From assembly GCA_007376265.1 (NCBI GenBank), contig VMFW01000005.1, forward strand, positions 198 to 64,197: DNA of 64,000 bases, written 5' to 3'. Positions within the stretch are counted from its first letter, which is position 1; the number at the start of each line of letters is the position of its first letter. This DNA comes from Parcubacteria group bacterium Gr01-1014_20. Its GTDB lineage: Bacteria > Patescibacteriota > Minisyncoccia > UBA6257 > 2-01-FULL-56-20. Shown one piece after another: positions 58,584-64,000 of the stretch. A program made the position numbers and the translations under genes. A model generated the notes under the pieces. It was not told the origin of the DNA. It searched no databases and worked only from the letters and a program-made list of their open reading frames with translations.

Positions 58584-58601
58584 CGATCGGGTAAAAAAGT
58601 T

Positions 58602-58631
58602 TTGACAAAGGTTCAAAATAAGTCATACAAT
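58602..58631 (+). promoter_or_regulatory. sigma70-like promoter TTGACA-18 bp-TACAAT
   Basis: -10 hexamer lies 14 nt before the ATG at 58646, giving a very short leader. Confidence 0.5.
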
Positions 58632-58645
58632 ACCTCCATAAATTA

Positions 58646-58987
58646 ATGTCACTCACAAAAGAAGAGATAAAAAAATACGAACAGAAACTCGAAGAAGAGA
58701 GGGAAAAGTTGCTCAGAGAAATTCAGGATCATGAGAAAGCGGTAGATCTGGGTAATGATATCGACAGCGAAGAGGAGGAGGCCGACGAGGCCGAAGAAAC
58801 CGGAAATCAGCTGGCTATTAGTCGAGCGCTTAGAGATCGGCTAAGTGAAATAGATGAGGCCTTAGAGAGCGCTCGGGGTGGTAGATACGGCCTCTGTAAA
58901 AATTGTGGGAAAGATATTTCCAAGGAAGTTCTGAATATTGTGCCAGAATCACGACTTTGCAAAGCTTGCAAACAAAAAGGGTTGTGA
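58646..58987 (+). CDS. DksA/TraR-family C4 zinc-finger protein
   Basis: Coiled-coil N-terminus with an acidic tip, then CKNCGKDIS...CKAC four-Cys finger. Confidence 0.7.
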   Translation: MSLTKEEIKKYEQKLEEEREKLLREIQDHEKAVDLGNDIDSEEEEADEAEETGNQLAISRALRDRLSEIDEALESARGGRYGLCKNCGKDISKEVLNIVPESRLCKACKQKGL

Positions 58988-59033
58988 GTGGAGAGCGAAA
59001 ATAGGTTAAAGAGGAAAAACTACCTCATATTTC

Positions 59034-60560
59034 ATGCTCAAGAATTTGGCTAAGGTTTATTCGGCCGAATTGGAAGGAATCACGTCCAGGCTAATCGAGG
59101 TGGAGGTCGACTTAAATGTCGGCCTTCACGCTTTTAATATTGTGGGTTTGGCGGACAAGGCGCTAAATGAGGCCAGAGAAAGAGTAAACTCGGCGCTTAA
59201 AAATTCTGGCGTAAAGCCACCGAACCGGGAAAACAGAAAAATTACGATCAATCTGGCCCCGGCCGATGTCAAAAAAACCGGCTCACAATATGATCTCGCT
59301 ATAGCCGTCGGATATCTCCTCGCAACCGGACAAATTAAAAGCTTTGAGTCGGGAAACAAAATTTTCCTGGGAGAATTGGCGCTCGACGGAAAGCTTAGGC
59401 CAATAAGCGGAGCGTTGAACGCTGCAGAGATGGCCGGTGAGGCAGGGTTTGAGTATTTGATCCTCCCGGCCGAAAACGCCAACGAAGCGGCGGTCATCAA
59501 AAACATAAAGGTGATCCCGGTCGAAACTCTGGGACAAGCAATTGAATTTTTGGAAGAAAGAAGAAACATTTCGGCCGCAACTTTTACCGCCGCCAAGAAA
59601 AAAGACGCGGACGTGCCGGACTTTTCTGAAATCAAAGGCCAGGAGAACGCGAAACGCGCGATGACAATTGCCGCAGCGGGAGCCCACAATCTCTTCATGA
59701 TCGGCCCCCCGGGGGTGGGGAAAAGCTTATTGGCGCAGGCGTTGGTTGGAATCCTGCCAGATTTGACACTCGAAGAATCGATTGAGATCACGAAGATCTA
59801 CAGCGCGACGGGCTTAAACCACGAGGGCCTGGTTCATAAACGTCCGTTTCGATCCCCCCACCAAACAGCTTCCCTTGTGGCGGTGGTTGGCGGAGGAACT
59901 AATCCCCGCCCGGGAGAAATTAGTTTGGCTCACCGGGGAATTTTATTCCTAGACGAAGTGCCCGAGTTCCAAAAAAATGTTCTAGAATCGCTGAGGCAGC
60001 CGCTCGAGTCGGGATTAGTTAATGTCGCCCGAATTAGGGGAACGCTCCAATTCCCGGCAAAATTTTCGCTCGTGGCCGCGATGAATCCCTGTCCCTGCGG
60101 ATTTTATGGGGACGACGAAAAAGAATGCCGTTGTTCGGCTTACGAAGTGATTAGGTACCAAAAGAAAATTTCCGGACCACTTTTGGACCGGATTGATTTG
60201 CAGATTAGAGTGCCGAAGGTGAAAATATCAGAGCTTCGAAAAAATCGGATCGGAGGGGGTGAGAGCGAGGGCGTAAAGGCTTCGGTTGAGATGGCGAGAA
60301 GAGCTCAGGCAAAAAGATTCGAGGGCATGAGAATAAGAACAAATTCCGAGATGAGCGCTAAGCAAACCGAAGAGATGGTTAAACTCGAACCAGCGGCAGA
60401 GAATTTTTTAAAAACTTTGGACAAAACTCGGCTGTCGCCTCGCGGCTATTACCGCTTACTCAAAACCTCAAGAACAATTGCGGATTTAGAAGAAAAAGAA
60501 ACAGTTTCGTTGGAAAATTTAGCCGAAGCTTTTAGCTATCGCCTTCGAGAAGAAGTTTAA
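59034..60560 (+). CDS. yifB: YifB/ComM-family Mg-chelatase-like AAA+ ATPase
   Basis: 508 aa. Lon-like N-terminal domain, Walker A GPPGVGKS, Walker B LFLDE, C-terminal ChlI-like domain. Confidence 0.85.
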   Translation: MLKNLAKVYSAELEGITSRLIEVEVDLNVGLHAFNIVGLADKALNEARERVNSALKNSGVKPPNRENRKITINLAPADVKKTGSQYDLAIAVGYLLATGQIKSFESGNKIFLGELALDGKLRPISGALNAAEMAGEAGFEYLILPAENANEAAVIKNIKVIPVETLGQAIEFLEERRNISAATFTAAKKKDADVPDFSEIKGQENAKRAMTIAAAGAHNLFMIGPPGVGKSLLAQALVGILPDLTLEESIEITKIYSATGLNHEGLVHKRPFRSPHQTASLVAVVGGGTNPRPGEISLAHRGILFLDEVPEFQKNVLESLRQPLESGLVNVARIRGTLQFPAKFSLVAAMNPCPCGFYGDDEKECRCSAYEVIRYQKKISGPLLDRIDLQIRVPKVKISELRKNRIGGGESEGVKASVEMARRAQAKRFEGMRIRTNSEMSAKQTEEMVKLEPAAENFLKTLDKTRLSPRGYYRLLKTSRTIADLEEKETVSLENLAEAFSYRLREEV

Positions 60561-60613
60561 TGGTATTAGGAAAATTTAGAACAAACTAGGGGGCTCGCTT
60601 TCGTGGTTCGAAA

Positions 60614-61366
60614 CTATTTTACAAAAGGATTCGCTGCGCCTAGAACCTCAAAGTGGAGGTGGCAGCCAGTGACGCCGTGAACGTTGCCGGTCGATCCCAT
60701 CACGCCAATTTTTTGTCCTTGTTTTACAAAGTCCCCAACCTCGACTGAGGTTTTTTCAAGGTGGGCATAGCGAGTCTTTGCGCCGCTTGGATGTTCAACC
60801 AAGACGAAACTGCCGTAACCTCCATTCCAGCCGGTTTCACCGTCGGGATAGTTTTTGTCTGGTACGACTAAGCCTTCGGCGGAAGCAAGAACGATGGTGC
60901 CGCAGGAATTGGCAATATCGACGGCGTTATTCCCGTGAACTTTACCAAAATTGTAACCTTGGGCGGGCTTAGTAAAGTAGTCCCTAGAGCGAATCAAGTC
61001 GGGGCCGGCTGGGCTTAGGGCTTCCTCTGTCTCATCTTGATCCGGAGTGATGGTGGCACCCAGGATGCCCATATCGGTAAAATAATCTGGTTGGACAATT
61101 AAATCTGGCTTGCCAGAGGCAACTGTGGCTTCTCCATTAAGGAGGGCGAGAGAAAAGGAGGGGTTGGAGTTGTTCAAGTCAGGATTGTTTGAAACCGGGC
61201 CACCCAAAACACCCCCCTGGCCATTAGTTCTGGCGCGGAGGCCACTTAACGCCAAAAGGCCCAGGATTAGCAAAAAAACAGCCACCCCAGGTGACTTTTT
61301 GTCTTTATTTACTTGAGCTAGAATGGTACGAATACATTCAATCTTAGCAGAACCATGGAAATTCAC
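60614..61366 (-). CDS. M23-family peptidoglycan endopeptidase
   Basis: HxxxD...HLHFEV LytM motifs. N-terminal membrane anchor. Apparent GTG start. Confidence 0.75.
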   Translation of the reverse strand: MNFHGSAKIECIRTILAQVNKDKKSPGVAVFLLILGLLALSGLRARTNGQGGVLGGPVSNNPDLNNSNPSFSLALLNGEATVASGKPDLIVQPDYFTDMGILGATITPDQDETEEALSPAGPDLIRSRDYFTKPAQGYNFGKVHGNNAVDIANSCGTIVLASAEGLVVPDKNYPDGETGWNGGYGSFVLVEHPSGAKTRYAHLEKTSVEVGDFVKQGQKIGVMGSTGNVHGVTGCHLHFEVLGAANPFVK

Positions 61367-63196
61367 AAGTCGGGTATCCCCAAACTAAACCCAGATCAAG
61401 AAAGGGCGGTAAAGGCCCCTGATAAGCCGATCCTGATTGTGGCAGGCGCGGGAACGGGCAAAACGAGAACCCTAACCAGTCGGTTGACCTGGCTCATAGA
61501 ACGTGGGGTCCGACCCGGTAAAATTTGCGCTCTCACTTTTACAAACAAGGCGGCGAGAGAGATGGCGGAGAGGGTGGCAAACAACGAAACGCAAAACGTA
61601 AAGTATGGACGAGCTCACGACACGCGGTTTGCCGATGACGCTTTGCCGTTTATTGGGACCTTCCATTCTTTGGGGGTAAAAATTCTTCGAGAAAACGCTC
61701 ATCTTGTCGGTCGGAAGCCCAATTTTGTGATTTTCGACGCCGATGATGCGTTTAGACTGATCAAAAAAGCGATGAAGGACTTCTTGGGAGACCGCAAAGA
61801 TTTCAAACCGGCAGATGTTTACGGAAAAATTTCAGGCGTAAAGAATGGGATGACGGACAGAAAAGATCTATTGGGGATGCCCGGGGGTGACAACAAGATT
61901 TTCTCCGAGATTTACCGACACTACGAGGACAGACTTTTGAAAAACAACGCCTTCGACTTTGACGACTTGATCTTAAAGACGGTCGAGATCTTGAGAGATA
62001 ACCCCAAGGCGCTTGAGCGTTATCATGAGCGTTACTCTCACTTTCTGGTTGATGAATATCAAGACATTAATAATGTCCAGTATGAATTGGTGCGGCTTTT
62101 AGCGGGGAAAAACTCAAACTTAAGCGTAGTGGGAGATCACAACCAAACGATTTACACCTGGCGCGGGTCGAATTTGGGGGTTTTTTTAAACTTTAGTCGA
62201 GACTGGCCCGGAGGAGAGGCGTGCTTCCTTGGAGAAAACTACCGATCGACCGCCAATATACTCGCGGCCGCATCAGCTATCATCAAAAACACCCGAAAAC
62301 CCGAAGGGATTGAATCAGATCGGCTCTGGACTAAAAAAGCGGTTGGGGGGCGAGTAAAAATTGTTGAGTTTCCTCATGAATTTGCCGAGGCCAACTGGAT
62401 TGCAGGAGAAATTAGCTCTGGACTTAAGGGTCTCGGACAAAAAGGATCGTTGGTGGCTGTCCTCTACAGGACAAACGCCCAATCGAGGGCGATTGAACAA
62501 GCGCTAATAGAAAATGGGGTCCCTTATCAAATATTCGGGGGGATAAGGTTTTATGAGCGGAGGGAAATTAAGGATATACTCGCCGCATTAAGGCTCATCT
62601 CAAACCCGGGAGACGAGCTAGCGGAGGAGAGGCTTCTCAAAGCATTCCGGAAAGCCCGTTTTGCCGAGCTAAAAAGAGCCCTAAATAGACTCGAAGCCAC
62701 CTCACCGGCACCGCTCATCACGGCCTTTATCGAAGCAACGGCCTATTTTGACTATATAGATAGGAACCTAACTAACCCGGAGGACCGAAAGGAGAACATC
62801 GCCGAACTCTTATCCTTCGCCCAGGGGTTTAAGACGCTCGAGGATTTCTTGGAAAAAGTGAGCTTGCTCCAAACAACCGACCCAGTCACGAAGCACAAGA
62901 TAGCATCCGTGAACTTGATGACAATTCATCTTGCGAAGGGGCTCGAGTTTGATCGGGTTTTTGTCGCGGGAGCGAATGAGGGGGTTTTGCCTCATCATCG
63001 ATCCATGGACAATGCGGAACAGCTTGAGGAAGAAAGAAGGCTCATGTATGTGGCAATGACGCGAGCCAAGAGTGATCTATGCCTTTCCTTTTACGATTTG
63101 CCGTCGCGATTTCTTTCGGAAATCCCGAGCGATATTGTAGAGTTTAACGGCGGGAGAAGCTTTGATGATGAGGAGCGGTATATCACACTGGACTAA
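61355..63196 (+). CDS. uvrD: UvrD/PcrA-family ATP-dependent DNA helicase (short, 613 aa)
   Basis: LNPDQERAV...AGAGTGKT Walker A. DEYQD Walker B. VGDHNQTIY motif. Confidence 0.85.
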   Translation: MEIHKSGIPKLNPDQERAVKAPDKPILIVAGAGTGKTRTLTSRLTWLIERGVRPGKICALTFTNKAAREMAERVANNETQNVKYGRAHDTRFADDALPFIGTFHSLGVKILRENAHLVGRKPNFVIFDADDAFRLIKKAMKDFLGDRKDFKPADVYGKISGVKNGMTDRKDLLGMPGGDNKIFSEIYRHYEDRLLKNNAFDFDDLILKTVEILRDNPKALERYHERYSHFLVDEYQDINNVQYELVRLLAGKNSNLSVVGDHNQTIYTWRGSNLGVFLNFSRDWPGGEACFLGENYRSTANILAAASAIIKNTRKPEGIESDRLWTKKAVGGRVKIVEFPHEFAEANWIAGEISSGLKGLGQKGSLVAVLYRTNAQSRAIEQALIENGVPYQIFGGIRFYERREIKDILAALRLISNPGDELAEERLLKAFRKARFAELKRALNRLEATSPAPLITAFIEATAYFDYIDRNLTNPEDRKENIAELLSFAQGFKTLEDFLEKVSLLQTTDPVTKHKIASVNLMTIHLAKGLEFDRVFVAGANEGVLPHHRSMDNAEQLEEERRLMYVAMTRAKSDLCLSFYDLPSRFLSEIPSDIVEFNGGRSFDDEERYITLD

Positions 63197-63234
63197 AAAC
63201 TAGGGATCATGAATCACGTAACACGTAACAGAAA

Positions 63235-64000
63235 ATGAGACAAAAACTGGGACAACATTTTTTAAAGAATAAATCGGCGATTAAAAAAATTGCCGGGGCT
63301 TTAGATTTTAAACCCGGAGACACAATAATTGAAATCGGACCCGGGCACGGAGAGTTGACTCAAGAGCTGGCGATTCTAACCCACAAGATGAGATTGGTGA
63401 TGATTGAAAGAGATGAAAACTTAGTTGGCGAACTGAAAACAAAATTTTCGGAGATGGAGAATGTTGAGGTGTTGGCCGGCGACGCGCTCGAAGTTTTACC
63501 GGGGGTTATCTCTAACTTAAAATCCACAAACTATAAACTGGTCGGGAATATCCCCTACTACATCACTGGAAAACTTTTTAGGCTTTTGAGTGACGCGATA
63601 AACAAACCGTCGCTCTCGGTCTTCACAATTCAATTAGAAGTGGCGGAAAGAATGACTGCCGTGCCACCAAAGATGAATCGACTCGCGGCCATAATACAGC
63701 TGTGGGCCGAGCCGTCGATAATAATGGGGCTTTCGCGGAATGATTTCTCTCCGGCGCCGGAGGTGGATTCGGCGGTCGTAAAGTTAAAGGTTAAAGATGA
63801 AAATTTAAGAACCAACGGGGGGGATTACTATAAAATGGTTAGGATTCTGTTCCAACAGCCGAGGAAAACTGTCTTGAATAATTTAGCGGAAATCCTGCCG
63901 GATAAAGAAAAGATCACCCTTATGCTCGCGGGCTTGGGGATAGATGGTAAAAACCGGCCGCAGGACCTGGGAGTTGAAGAAATCCTTGAAATTGCTCGAA
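63235..64000 (+). CDS. rsmA: 16S rRNA (adenine1518/1519-N6)-dimethyltransferase RsmA/KsgA (C-terminus beyond window end)
   Basis: MRQKLGQHFLKNKSAIKKI...IIEIGPGHGELT...NIPYYIT motifs. Confidence 0.85.
   Translation, partial: MRQKLGQHFLKNKSAIKKIAGALDFKPGDTIIEIGPGHGELTQELAILTHKMRLVMIERDENLVGELKTKFSEMENVEVLAGDALEVLPGVISNLKSTNYKLVGNIPYYITGKLFRLLSDAINKPSLSVFTIQLEVAERMTAVPPKMNRLAAIIQLWAEPSIIMGLSRNDFSPAPEVDSAVVKLKVKDENLRTNGGDYYKMVRILFQQPRKTVLNNLAEILPDKEKITLMLAGLGIDGKNRPQDLGVEEILEIAR

Noticed and set aside
60588-60625. GGTTCGAAAC tRNA-like T-loop motif in the yifB/M23 intergenic region
   Set aside because: The flanking sequence cannot form the T-stem or an acceptor stem, so it is probably just part of a terminator or spacer.

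Overview
This 64 kb window looks like a compact bacterial chromosome segment, probably from a small-genome lineage (Patescibacteria/CPR-like is only a guess). Genes are dense, many overlap by 4-30 nt, and promoters are strong TTGACA-17-TAnAAT types.

Housekeeping genes flank both ends. The 5' end has thyX (partial), an RlpA-like protein, groES-groEL behind a perfect CIRCE operator, trxB, a DsbA-like protein and DedA. The 3' end has rny, gpmI, secG, an ABC substrate-binding protein, a DksA/TraR-like zinc finger, yifB, an M23 peptidase, uvrD and rsmA (partial).

Positions ~8.5-52.9 kb form one very large surface-glycan locus. It has a polyprenyl-phosphate sugar transferase, a Wzx flippase, two O-antigen-ligase/polymerase-like proteins, about nine glycosyltransferases (GT2, GT4, CgeB-like and a GT10 fucosyltransferase-like) and four SAM methyltransferases including a zinc-ribbon C-methyltransferase. 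It also carries what appear to be two parallel NDP-heptose pathways: GmhA x2 plus a truncated third copy, GmhB, two HddA-like GHMP kinases and an HddC-like nucleotidyltransferase. These sit next to a Gmd-like 4,6-dehydratase, an RmlC-like cupin epimerase, two Fcl-like epimerase/reductases, a NUDIX hydrolase, an SDR, an aldo/keto reductase, a nucleotide-sugar dehydrogenase and a Gfo/Idh/MocA oxidoreductase.

The most unusual content is a split transketolase and a transaldolase embedded in the locus, which would supply sedoheptulose-7-phosphate, and a pair of short TPP-dependent E1 alpha/beta-like proteins. Together these suggest synthesis of a modified, possibly branched or methylated, 6-deoxy-heptose. 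No rRNA, tRNA, CRISPR or obvious mobile element was seen.
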